Positions 1 to 12,500 of a stretch of 64,000 bases of DNA are shown piece after piece. The position numbers and the translations under genes are program-made. Source of the DNA: Ascidiella aspersa (taxonomy: Eukaryota); NCBI GenBank assembly GCA_963924565.1, contig OZ004609.1:6634001-6698000 (forward strand), written 5' to 3'. Below the pieces are notes generated by a model. It saw only the letters and a list, made by a program, of their open reading frames with translations, did no database searches and was not told where the DNA came from. Each line of letters begins with the position of its first letter. Position 1 is the stretch's first letter.

Positions 1-395
1 CCTTAGCCAGATAAAATTGTTAGCGGTTTTAGCAAGTTTTACAGACTCCATCTTAAAAGTCAATTCGTGCCAAGTTGATCGAGTAATACAACTTGTTTGA
101 GCTTTGCACGAATCGATTACGTCTTTGCAATGTTGCTAATACATCTTATTTAACATTCCTTTTACTACCGGTACATAAGTGTAGATCATGTTTTTTACGC
201 TTTACGCAAACGGATTGCGTCTCATTCGTTTCATATGTGGACTAGGAAAAGGAACTTTCACAGATTACAGAAATCAAAATGCCATGTCACCAAATTACGT
301 CATCTCTAAAAAAATTAATTACTGTGTTTATAACTATAGAAAGACCTTTTTTTCAATTATTGGCGTTTGTTCGCTTTGTTCCAACATAAACTAAC

Positions 396-3300
396 CTTCA
401 TTGATATACAGCGTGTTAGTTCTGGTGATCCCGGCCTGGTTTTTCGCCCAGCACTTCACCGTTGCGTTTACGCCGAAGATTAGCGCTCCGGCCAAAGACA
501 GCTGTGACGTCACTACGCTGTCACGCCTGTGGTTGATGACGTAGGTCGGTGACGTGGCGTTGTTGTCGGGCACGGGTCGGTCGTTGATGCTCCAGTAAAA
601 GGCGGTGGATCGGTCGGCCGCGAAAGTGCAGTTAAACATTGGGGTTTGGCTGAAAACACTTCCATGTTTCGATGTCGCGTTGATAAACCTCGGCTGGACT
701 GAAGAACGCATATTTATTTGCACAAACTCTTTTCATACCTTTCCGTTGTGCGGGATTTTAATAGTAGGAGGTGAAGTTTAAATTAGGACGACACTGCCTA
801 CTTTACATAGTTTGAGAACAGTCCGGTTGGTGCGTGTTTGTTTTTCTGTTTAACAGCCCATCTGTCTAAGCCAGTTAACCTTTGGATAGTTTTGGTGATA
901 ATATGATGTGTCGATATTGTCTGTCTTCTGATGGAAAATGTGCATTCTTCTTATCTCCAAGTTTGCTTGCATGCCTTTGTAATACGATTAGGTTATTGTT
1001 CTTAAATTTATAAACAAATATATCCACCGAACATAGTGTGAGAAATCAATGCTTTATACAGCAATTTGGAGTCGCAGAAATACACCAAACAGTTCACCCT
1101 TACTCCATTTAGGAATGCCCGATACTTGACATTTGTTCCGACACTGAACCTGATAATTTATATGGAATGCATCGCAATACGCTCCGACACCAAATAACGT
1201 CACTGGGCCTACTGAGCTGAAATTAGTAATATGGGTAACATTGATACGAATAAAGGTGCTTTATTCCACGTTGTTAGTTCAAGTTTTGCAATAGCTGGAA
1301 TTTGTTTAGTTACGTTTCAGCTGTTTAATAAAACACATTTGAAACTACATTATTTTATGTGTTTAACTTTGACTTCGAAACTATATTTGTTGGGTTTTCA
1401 AAATACTTACCAAATGTCTCTTTTTATGCAGCCCTACACAAAATAAATATAATAGGCACCTTGCAATGTGAATTCCTTAGTCGTTATAATTCCGAGGTTA
1501 TTTTCTTCACAATAATACTTCCCCGACAAAATAACGTCGATGTTTTTAAAGTGAAGCGTTGCTTCAGGCTTTTTCGTGGCATTAAAATGATGAACTTGAT
1601 AGTAGCGGAGTCGCGAGTTGCTTGTAATTACAGCGCCATTTCTGCACATCAATGACATAAGTTTTTATGTATTCTTAAATGAGAACTTCGCATACAAACA
1701 TTTGCAGGCCTTTGGGTTTTTTTACGTTTTTAGATATTTATAACAAATATTTTGTTTTACGTTAGAACAAAACAAAGGATACAGTTTTGCAATATAGCGT
1801 TATATTAGTAGTTTATAAACCCTTTTAGCTTTCTGTTTAGCACACATCAAAATTAAAAAGTCTTGTGGCACGCTTTCAACAAAGCTACAATATCATAACT
1901 TGAGAATCGCCCTTAATGCGCGTAAAGTGGTTTTGTAAAGATTATTATATTAATTCAGTTATATAATAAAGTTATGCATTCAAGTCACGTATGCAAATCT
2001 ACATGCCTCATTTTCGGCAACACATAGCAATCTGTGGTGACACAAAAATAAATTCACTATTATAAATACTTCACCTAAGAATTGTAGAACAATATTCTAG
2101 TTTGTTTATTCATAAGTAAACAACATAACGTTTTAATATATTTGCTTCGCCTACATTGTTGTAATTGATTAAAACTAGTCTACTCGCTTTTGTTAAACTA
2201 GACGAACACCTAACTTTGTCCAGGTTAAGTAGAATATTGTACGAAGTTTAACTCTAACTGTTTAAAGACTAATAGCGATGTAACGGTCATTTTCATGATA
2301 TACCTTTATCGTTTTACGAACCTTTTCCAAGTAACTTTTTGACTTTTTGGAATTGTGTGGCTGGTGCAAGTAACGCTTGTCGATGCCCGATAATTCGCGA
2401 TGATTTCACTGCTTGATAATGTCAGGTTTGGTTGAACTGAAAAGTAGGAAATAATTATCAAAAAATAACGTTTTACTAATTGTAGGGTTTAAACAAACTA
2501 CAAAATATAATATAAGAAAACCTATAACGAACCATCTTATGGGTTTCCAACTATGGATTTGATTGTTTACAATGCGCGAAATATTTGAAACTTATTTAAT
2601 AGTATTTTTATGATTCGTTGAACAGTATATAAGAAGTTATTTTAACGTCAAGTTCAATCGAAGGTTTCTTTCTATTGACCGGTTTAGATAAACTGCAAGA
2701 TGGTAAAAGTACATTTGTAAAGGAACATTCCATTCCTGGTTGGAGTGCAAAATAAGAATAAAATATGTAAAATATATTAGGAGAAACATTTATTGGTTGA
2801 TTATTATGAATTTGGTTCATCCGCATGTTAAAAAATAGGCGAAAGTATAAAAAAGTGTTTCATTGCTTCTGGAGATAATTTAAACATATAGAGTAAAATG
2901 TTTTTCACTAACATAATGCTAGATTTAGTTCAAAACAAAAACTTCACAGGAATTTCGAAGCCCATGCAGAAGTTGGTATTATTTGTACGTTTTGAATAAT
3001 TCTTTATTCACTTTGTTGAGTTATTAGAAAGGTTCAACATGCTACTTACTTATATATGGGGTTTGGAATTCTTGATACGTTCTACTAACCACCAATCATT
3101 ATGCTCAAGAAATTAAAAAAATGAAACGTTGACCGTTTTTTTGCAAACAAAAGCAACAAAATTAAACAAAAAAGGCCCAAAAGAAGATTTCCGGTATACG
3201 TTATCGAACCGTGGTGCATTTAATAAAAAAATATTGTTCGGATAAACAATTTTGCAATTAAAACGATGCCTCAGCTACAGCCTATTCGTTGAAAACATTT

Positions 3301-6300
3301 GCCGAAAAAAATCAAACCGGCTTACCGACCGTAAGTTGCACGCTAGCTTCAACTGAACAAGTTCCTGCTACATTCGTAGCCTTAAACTTGTACGTGCCGT
3401 TATGGGAAGCTTTTGCTGCGTCAATCCTGTACGTAATAGTCGATCCCGTGAAGCCGCTTAATAGCGTTTGGGCAGGGTTATTGCCAATCACGACGACGTT
3501 AAGAGGCTCCTGGAAAACCTGGGAGATTGCCCCGGTGAATGACACGCTGCTTTCGACCCTTACTGCTTTCACAGGGTTTACAAACGTCAGAACTCGGCCA
3601 GCTGCAAGCAAACGTAGCCTAATTAGTAACGATAAGATGCTTTAATCGGCTGTTGGTCAACGTTTTCATTAATTTTTTTTCAATAAAATTGGTTTATTTA
3701 TCTCATTTTTTGCACATAAAACAATTTGCTAGGTGTTTATTGCGTTTTTTGTCATTATTTGTCGAGTTATTGCTTATAATCAGCGACTTCGCCTACTAAT
3801 TTTAATAGTTAAGCGTTTAATTAATTATGACATGACTAGAAGTTGTCTTGCTCTCAAAATACTTGACTTGGGCATCTGATGACTTGGACTGGGACTTGAC
3901 CTGCAATTTTAGCGAAAGAATGTAATTGTACTCAAGTTATTTTAAAATGACTTGTTTACAACCCTGGGACGTTAATTAACGAACATAACTGTAAATTGCC
4001 AAGATAGGTTGGTGGTTGGAGGTAAATTAAGGAACATAACTGTAAATTAAGGAGTTAGGTTGGTGGTTGGAGGTAAATTAAGGAACATAACTGTAACTTG
4101 CGAAGCTAGGTTGGTGGTTGGTGGTTGGAGGTAAATTAAGGAACATAACTGTAAATTAAGGAGTTAGGTTGGTGGTTGGAGGTAACTGGTGCTGCGAAGT
4201 CAATTTAATACAACTCGTCTTACACCCCCGGCATAGAAAAAACGTCGAGAAGCCAATTTTAGCTAGTCCCGCTTCCAAGTCCTGTATTTCCTACATCAAC
4301 TATAAGTTATGTTGTATATACAACAATCCACTCTTAGAGGTGAGAGCCATGAAGTACTATTAAACACCACAAATTTGACTATAACTCAGAAATGATTAAA
4401 ATAATATATGCTCGTGGCCCCCAAAAATAATCGATGGTCATGTTGGAGAAACCTGTCCTAAAACAAACTTGAGATGTTCGAAAATGACACAAGATAATGA
4501 AAGTTTGGTTATATCTTGCATCGAAAACAAGTTCTAAAAAATCAAACGATCTAAACAGCTTTTACGAAAATCGAGAACTGTTTACTTCGTAGACCTTATA
4601 GTCACAGATGTATGTCGAGAGTTTGAAGAGTCATGTTTACAAAGTGAAATGCCTCTGAACAAAATACGCAGCCATATACCGCGAGGAAAATCTAAAACAC
4701 TCAGCAGTTGTACCTTGATGTTGACAGACGTAATGGTAGTTTCCAGAACAGTGGGCGTCTTGCCACTTCCATGTGTAAGTGTACGGTTTGGATGCGGAGC
4801 GAGTGCCACTAAACACCAAACATGTCCCCGACCCCGACGGTCCGCTTCCAGATTTCCAGCCATTGTAGCCAGGGGTCGACCAACTACTACCTGGAAAATA
4901 TTGCTTGTTTTGAGTCAGTTTTAATGCGCCGGTTGGTGGTTTTAAAAAAGAGCCGGGGCGTCGCACAATAGTTTTGTTTTGCATTTCAACTAAAATGCCT
5001 TAATAAAATGTTTAGGTAATATTGCCCGTAAACTTATGACCCCCTAAAAGTAGTTTACGTGCTCAAAGGGCACAGTTAAAAAAATCTCCTGGCATGAGCA
5101 TAGCATTAGCCGTTCATCAATAATATGGGGCGGTATTAATTATATGAAAGACCCTCTCTACTAGCCAACATTGTACAAAAACTAATTGCTAGAAGCCAAC
5201 TTGTTGAGTATACGGCACGTCATTAATGAACAACTCCTATATATGATTATAGTTTTATACAGAGTTACTATAGGTCAGGGGTAGCCAACATGCGGCTCTC
5301 CACCCAGTTATATGTCCACCCAGTTATATGCGGCTCTTACGATCATGTTACACTTATGATTTTTTTTTTAATGTTTCGATTTTCGTTTGGTTAAGTTATG
5401 GATTATTGTCGGTCCTGACTCTGTTTAATTGCTTTCAGGCAAATTGTCTTTTTAGTAATACTTTTGAAAAAAGATAAACGAAAAATACATGCCCAAACAA
5501 TATTGATAAATGACATCAAAAAACGGACTCTTAAATTAAAATTTTGTCTATTTAACGTAATGAAGGCATTTTTTTCGAGCTATTCGTGCGATCGCTTTGT
5601 GGGAGTGACCAAGAAATGAAGTGAGACATTTTAGCATAAATAATTATGTTAACATAATCCTAATGCGAAACACCACAATTAAAGCAGTATTTTTAAGTGG
5701 GAAAACAAATTGATCAATAAATTTGCTAAATTTTTAGATGAAAAATTCACCACTGCATTAATATAAAAAACTAAAATTTATCGCGGCCCAAGGGTTAAGA
5801 ACCACAATGTAAATCGTAAAGGTCGAAATTAATGCTCTTATAGGTGGTTTACCATTTCTACCCCTAGGGCATGCTTTCCACCGCGGAGAAAGAAGTGTTT
5901 GTTCTAAACTAAAGGTTTGAAAATCAGTTTTCACCCTCGCCATACCATCGTGTCCGAATTGTTGTTCTATTGTTCCACATAATTAACTTTACCTTTTCCA
6001 CGCTTTACGATTCACACTAAAGCCCCTCATAAGAGGTGCTATCATATTAAATTATTCATTTCAGGCATCTGAAAACCATTGTATTCTCATGAATTTTTTT
6101 TCTCAGAAAAAAAAAACACTTTAATTCAACCCAAAAAAATCAGCATGTTTGTTGTACTGTCCAATTTTTTTAATTTTTTTGTTGGTTAATCAAAAAAATT
6201 TAAATTATAAAACAACCCTAAATCAGAAAGCCAGTTATATTTTTGTAAAATTATTGGATTTCTCTTAGATTTAATACTCATATGTACAAGTAATATAGCT

Positions 6301-7394
6301 TTGACTTGGTTAATCGTATATTGTGTAATTTGGAAAATCAACAATATAAAAACATAAAACTATAAAAGTTTTGTGAAAAAAACCTAAAAATGCAGTTATT
6401 TTAACAAAAAAATTAAATTGTAAATGTATTTTTAAAACAATGAGAACAACAACCAAACTTCACCATCAAACTTTCTTTTCTCTCATTTTTTGCCTTACCT
6501 GACAAAGTCGAAAATGTTAATCCATCTTGCCACTGAAATGAATCCCCGACACGTTCGCCGCCGATATAGGCATCTTGAACAAACACGAAGACCATATTTA
6601 TGAATCACATTCGTTGCCGAGAGATATAAAAGTTTGTCTAACTATATGTACTTACAGACTTGGTAATCGGCCGTCCACCCGTTACCCAACTTAGCTGCTA
6701 CTTGACTGGCGATTTGGTATTGCGTTATACTATTGGGAACACTTGCCAAGACTCCGCCACTTTGGTCACAAGCAGTCTTGGCAAATGCCTGGTTTGTTGC
6801 TGTGCTTTTCGAGAGGACGAAGTAGTTCCCCTTGCATACTGTGGCGTCTGCTGTTCAGGAAAAAAGAATATACGTAGAAGAACGAAAATATCCGCTTTTA
6901 AGGAGTATAAATAAACCAGGGAGTGGAACCGAAACTTTATGAACCGGTTTTGAGTTTTCACCGAACCGTTACCGTTTTTCTTACGATTTTAAGGAGCCGA
7001 ACCGGAACTAAACAAAATATTTTGAAAGAATATCAACCTTAACCGAACCCGAACCTTTCAAAAAAGCGGTTCACTTCGGCATGTCTTAATAATAGATCAC
7101 AAAAATTAAATTAAATACGAGTGATAATTCTATAGTTTGTTTCTACATTTGTCCACGCAACAAATGTATCCGAACTGGGACTTATAAACCGGTTTAATCG
7201 CAACTTTTGACTTGCTTCGAACCGAAACCGAAACTGAACCGGATTTCGAAAAAAATCCTTGAACCCTAACCGAACTTAAACCGCAATCGTCAAACAGTTC
7301 GAGTCCTGAAAGAAACAATGAGGTAATAGATAAAGAAAGTCTTACCGCCACATGCAAACTGGCAGACCACCAAGAAAAGTAGAACCCGGCGCAT
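396..7394 (-). CDS. Secreted C-type lectin + multiple Ig-like domain protein (multi-exon; 3' end not resolved)
   Basis: Phase-compatible GT-AG exons: 7394-7346 (signal peptide MRRVLLFLVVCQFACG), 6850-6656, 6573-6499 and 4890-4714 (together a CTL domain: ACDQSGGVLASV..AYIGG..FQWQDG..CLVF..WQDAHCSGNYHYVCQ), 3601-3326 (Ig-like), 2436-2322 + 1641-1460 (Ig: VTC..VTWKR..SGKYYC), 698-396 (Ig: FNC..FYW..VKCWAKN). A donor at 395 implies a further exon; possible extra exons near 800-1215 are unresolved. Confidence 0.85.
3981..4186. repeat. Minisatellite, 4 units of 51-58 bp
   Basis: Units gaacataactgtaa...ggttggtggttggaggtaaattaag start at 3981, 4032, 4083 and 4141; units 2 and 4 share the aaggagtt variant. 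Confidence 0.9.
6917..7308. mobile_element. hAT-like MITE (aaccgaaccg-rich family) in intron 1 of the CTL-Ig gene
   Basis: Termini CAGGGAGT..GAGTCCTG; flanks aaataaac/aaagaaac (7/8 TSD); related to 51338-51927. Confidence 0.7.
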
Positions 7395-8152
7395 TTTTAG
7401 TTCACCGCATTTCCACCGTGTTGTAAATGTCTGTTGAATTCTTGTCTATTCCTTATGTTTTTGTTTCAAATAAACCCTGCCTCGTATTGAACCGTAAAGA
7501 AATACGAGCCCGAGTAGCGATGTTCAGCTAGTTATAGTTGTTTAAACGCCCACACATTCCTACGTTCCTTCTGCGTATGGGCTATTTTTAGCTTGTTTGT
7601 TCGGAATCATTGCTTCAAACAAGCCCACATATGTTATCGTCAGTCTGCCTATTTTCCAGTCCAAACGTTGAAATGTTATTTCTGAGGGACATTGTTTGAT
7701 TTACGTGGGTTTCATCTTGTTTAAAACAAAATAAATCTCGGTAGTTTAAAGAAAAGACCCAAACAACATAAAAAACATCAAGTTAACTTCGTCTTTGTTA
7801 GTAATTTATAGTTATCTTTCGACACCTAAAATAAATTACAGTCACACACATATGCGTGATAGGTGGATTTGTCATGTTCTTTAGTTGCGCAATGCTGTAA
7901 CATCACTTAAAGTAATTAGAATGGCGAAATACGCAACAAGAACTCATCAGGAAAGAAAATCCGCGCAACATATGTGGGTTTTCTATGCGTGTATCTTGTT
8001 TCCTCTTATGCCATATTGTTTGAACAAAATATTCGCAAATTACGCGTTAAAAGATACTCATCATCTTGTTTTTTAGATGAGTGGTTTAGAATCTAGCTTG
8101 ATAATAAATTGCAAAGCCAAAAATGTCGGGTAGATCGACATCATCTTGACTA

Positions 8153-8192
8153 TTAAGACGTTTCAATAACAGCTTGTATCATCTTCAGTTAA
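8153..8192 (-). ncRNA. Minimal type I hammerhead ribozyme (Penelope-type), core intact
   Basis: Minus strand reads TTAA-CTGAAGA-T-GATA(caagctgt)TATT-GAAACGTC-TTAA: CUGANGA box, stem II, GAAA, palindromic ACGU in place of stem III, GUC cleavage triplet, 4-bp stem I. Confidence 0.75.
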
Positions 8193-8865
8193 TGTGGGTC
8201 TCTAAACACACTACATTCCAGCTCAATGGTGAGTTTTACAAACAAATAGATGGTGTAGCAATAGGCTCTCCAATAGCCCCGATGATGGCAGACGTCATGA
8301 TAAACCACGTGATACAGAAGGCAATCGACAAGACCAAGCCGGATCACAGGCCTGAGCTACTGTGTCGTTATGTTAACGACATGTTCTTGGTATGTTAAAT
8401 CCGGATGTGTTTTTTGACTGTATTAACTCAATTCACCCCCGTCTATTCTTCACAAAGAAGCTAGAACACAACAATACAGTCAGTTTCCTAGACGTTTTAG
8501 CGGAAAATACCAGCGGAGTAACCCGAACATCGACATTTAGGAAACCTACGCACACAGATCTCTACACTAAATGGTGTACACCGACTCGAAATACTTAGGC
8601 CCAGCTTCACATCATATACGTCGTAAAAAACACAGGTTTGTACTCCGCTTTACTGGTGGCAAATTTGGGTTTCGGTTAATTCATGACGCAACGAAATCCT
8701 TTGCAATCAAGGATCGCCAAGAACATTTGCAGCGATCTAGTGTCGTGTATAAATTATGTTGTTCATGCGACACTTCTTACATTGGCCAAACCCGACTGAA
8801 CCTGTTAACGAGGGTTAAAGAACGTAGCGTCGATGAGAAATCAGAGGTATGCAGGCATGTTCTGT

Positions 8866-8905
8866 TTAACTGAAGACGATACAAGCTCGTATCAAAACTT
8901 CTTAA
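8866..8905 (+). ncRNA. Degenerate hammerhead copy in the right terminus
   Basis: TTAA-CTGAAGA-C-GATAC(aagctc)GTATC-AAAACTTC-TTAA; GAAA changed to AAAA and GTC to TTC. Confidence 0.55.
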
Positions 8906-9501
8906 TAATCAAGATGATGTCGTTCTACTCGACCTTTTTGGCTTTGCAATTTATTATTAAGAGGTTAGGAACAATTTTATCTATAGTTAAACCACGTTAA
9001 AAATATGGTTTAAACCACGTTAAAAGTACGTTAAACATAAGCCATTTTGAGTCTGAAAAACCTGGAACTACAAACATTTCTATTCAGTAGAATTTGCTCA
9101 CATATAATTCCAACATCAGTAGAGTTTGTTTACATATAATTACTTAAATATAATTATTAACGGCTAAAATTTAAAAAAAATCGGCACGATTGCAGCATTC
9201 ACAACATGTATAGTTTGTCCAATGCAAATTACCACTATACAAACCTAAAGATTCTGTTGGGCAGAAGTTATTAACGCTACAAGTTCTAGCTAAACACTCT
9301 ATTTGAAAATGCATCTGGCAGCTACTCATTTTAGATCTGCAAGTGTTTTTGTTTTATGGTTTGGCCAAGTTTATTAAAAAAATAGGGGTAATATAAAATA
9401 ATGGGTGCCACAAGGTCATGAAGTCGTCCATACCTGTTTTTGCAAACATTTTCTACGTTATTGCTAAACAATATGTAGCCTACAGATTTTTGATAACGTT
9501 T

Positions 9502-12500
9502 AATTGATTTCGCTCTTAAAATTCGCGCCTATAGAGAAATCACGCATTGTTTGTTGTTCATTGGACAAAAAGTAAATTTTATAGTGCTTCTTAATTATGC
9601 CTATCAGTTTGCATGAATGAGTATGTATTATTGCATATGTTCGGACAAAGCTATACTTTATTCTAGTCTAGTGTTGTTTGTTATACAGCAACGGCATTTA
9701 CGGAAGACTGTCATTCCACTACTGTAAAAGACTAATCCATAAAGTAAAATTTGCAAATTTCATGTTTGATTTTGACCGTCCTTGTAGAAATGGTTACTTT
9801 AAATATGATGCTTTACACTAGGATCATGAAACATGATACCGTTATATGTTTATCCAGAGTAAAATGTCAGAACTGTATGCCAACAATGTCCTAAACCTTT
9901 TCTAGATTACTAGGCTACCCTGACCACAAGCATATAAGGCCAATGAAGCGTGCAAATTATTAATCACGCTGTGAAAAGCAAACCAACAACGTCACAGTGT
10001 GTTTGCTCAGTTTGAATTAGCAAGTTTATTCACGTATGTCAGCTGAACTGGATTTTAGTCACGTACGTCACCTGTAGCAGCTTATCGATATTTAAGTGAT
10101 AGCTGACGGCAATACAAGGATTGTATGAGAATTGCAAAACTATAAATCTAGCGTAAATATTGTTTGCTGTTTGCGGACTTAAGTAACGAAGGCCATATTT
10201 CGAACTTGGGCAGTTTTGAATTTCCGAAAGCAATTAAACTTAATCCATGGCTTTTTTTGAAGAGGGCACAAGTGCTAATATTTTATCACTATGTTTCGCT
10301 AGGCCTACGCAAGATGACTAAAGCCTAATGCCGGTTATGCGACAATATCGGATTAGTGACGTCATGCCTTTTGAAAAAAATAGTACACTCTGAAAAGCTT
10401 AGAGCACAAAGGAAAAACTTTAACTAATTCGGGCGAAATTTTTCTCACCTTTTCTCGGCATCACATAAATTAATCTGGGCATAAATTAAACAAAAAACTC
10501 GACAAAAACGAACAAAGCACAATTGTCAGGTTGCAGTTTCTTAATGCCATTTAAAGACCACCAATGCCAACTTATCCGCTATCAATGGAAGGTATACAAA
10601 GAAATTTTAAGAGGACTGCGAAACCGGAAAATTAGATGACAACGATTTAATACTTATTTCGACTTTGGTGTATTTATTTGTTCCTGGATTGTCGATAGAC
10701 ATGTGTTTGGTGGCTGTGTCAATGATGTTTTAGCTCTGATTTCTAAAGCTTGCATGAAAATTATATTTATTAATTAAAAAAAAATAACCTAGTAACATTT
10801 TAATAATAAAAAAAATATTGCTAAATAATTGATTCAAGTACCAACTATATTTCTTCAGTTCCTTAGCAGCTTCAATCGTTTTTGTATGTACAATATCTCT
10901 TTTTGTTCAAGATTTTGCCTAATTTTATAACTTGAATTGGAGCTTTAAACCGTAGACAATGAGTAAACGAAATCGTTAAAAAACGGCCAACGAGACCAAA
11001 GACGTGAAAAAACGAAATACAGAGAAAAAGGCTGCCGAGGATGAATTTGCTTTTCTACATGTGAAACAGGAACCAATTCCTGAAATTTACACCCACCGAC
11101 CAACGAAACCCAAGGAAAAAAAAACGTGGCCAACTGACCCCAGAACAATTGGACCATTATTTCGATAAGGTTTCATATTATGTTGTTTTAATGCTGTTTG
11201 TGAATTAAATATGTATCTGACTTTTGTCTGGTCTTAGATGACAGATCAGTTCGGTGAATGAGATGCTGTTGACTGTATTTCTTAAAACTGAGAAAAATTC
11301 GTTGAGTAAATTTGTTTCATGCATTAATAAACATTAATATTGGATGTTCAGCAAATTCACTTATAGGGGTGTCGTATCATTCATTCGCTTACAACACTTG
11401 GTTGGAAAATATTCAACCATATGCTATTCCACCTTTACAATTTCCAGTTGGCGGCCATATTTTTTGATATTGTTGAATTGATTTCGCTCTTAAAATTCGC
11501 GCCTATAGAGAAATCACGCAATGTTCGTTTTTTTTTGACAAAAACTATGTTTTATACTGCTTAATAATTATGCCTATCAGTTTGCATGAATGAGTTATGC
11601 ATTATTGTATATGTTCGGACAAAGCAATATTCTAGTCTAGTGTGTTTTGTTATACAGCATCGGCATTTACGGAAGACTGTCATTCCACTACTGTAAAAGA
11701 TTGATTCATAAAGTAAAAATTGCGAATTTCATGTTTGATTTTGACCGTCCTTGTAAAAATGGTTACTTTAAATATGATGCTTTGCACTAGGATCATGAAA
11801 CATGATACCGGTATATGTTTATCTGGAGTAAAATTTCAGAACTCTATGCCAATAATGTCGTAAGCCTTACCTAGATTACTAGGCTACCCTGACCAGAGGC
11901 CAGTGAAGCGTACAAAGTGAAAAGCAAACTTAACGTCACAGTGTGTTTGCTCAGTTTGAGTTAGCAAGTTTATTCCCGTATGTCAGATGAACTGGGTTTT
12001 AGTCACGTGCGTCACCTGTAGCAGCTTATCGATATTTAAGTGATAGCTGACGGCAATACAAGGTTTGTATGAGAATTGCAAAACTATAAATCTAGCGTAA
12101 ATATTGTTTGCTGTTTGCGGACTTAAGTAACGAAGGCCATATTTCGAACTTGGGCAGTTTTGAATTTCCGAAAGCAGTTGAACTTAATCGATGGCTTTTT
12201 TTCGAAGAGGGCATAAGTGCTAATATTTTATCACTATGTTTCGCTAGGCCTACGCAAGATGACTGAAGCCTAATGCCGGTTATGCGACAATATCGGATTA
12301 GTGACGTCTGTCTTTTTTGCATAATTGTTGCTCACGGTTGGCATTACATAAATTAATCTAGACAGACACAAAAAAAAATCGATCAAAAACGAACAAAACA
12401 AATTGCCAGGTGGGTTCCGAATGCCATTTAAAGGTCACCAATGCCAAATTGTCTGCTGTCGTAAGAAAGTACAATAAAATCTTAGGAGGAACGTTTAATC

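Larger units (their letters stand above)
8096..8961 (+). mobile_element. Decayed Penelope-like retroelement (RT + GIY-YIG fragment) between inverted pseudo-LTR termini
   Basis: Three frameshifted ORFs at 8174-8873: YKQIDGVAIGSPIAP, RYVND (YVDD-like), SFLDV..FRKPTHTDLY, then VVYKLCCSCDTSYIGQT..RVKE (GIY-YIG). About 100-bp inverted termini at 8096-8192 and 8866-8961. Confidence 0.9.

Noticed and set aside
1-320. Further 3' exons of the CTL-Ig gene
   Set aside because: Open frames exist (e.g. CKDVIDSCKAQ.. at 1-135) but no phase-consistent, recognisable exon could be fixed.
800-1215. Additional domain exons (GPVTLFGVGAYC..CQVSGIPKW)
   Set aside because: A plausible acceptor exists near 1212 but no unambiguous donor or partner exon; left out of the model.
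3981-4186. CRISPR-like array
   Set aside because: Eukaryotic intron, no unique spacers and no cas genes; it is a minisatellite.
4582-4713. Second C-type lectin start (CFRFSSRYM..CKHDSS)
   Set aside because: Needs a frameshift; a good phase-1 donor at 4713 splices cleanly to 3601, so this is treated as intron.
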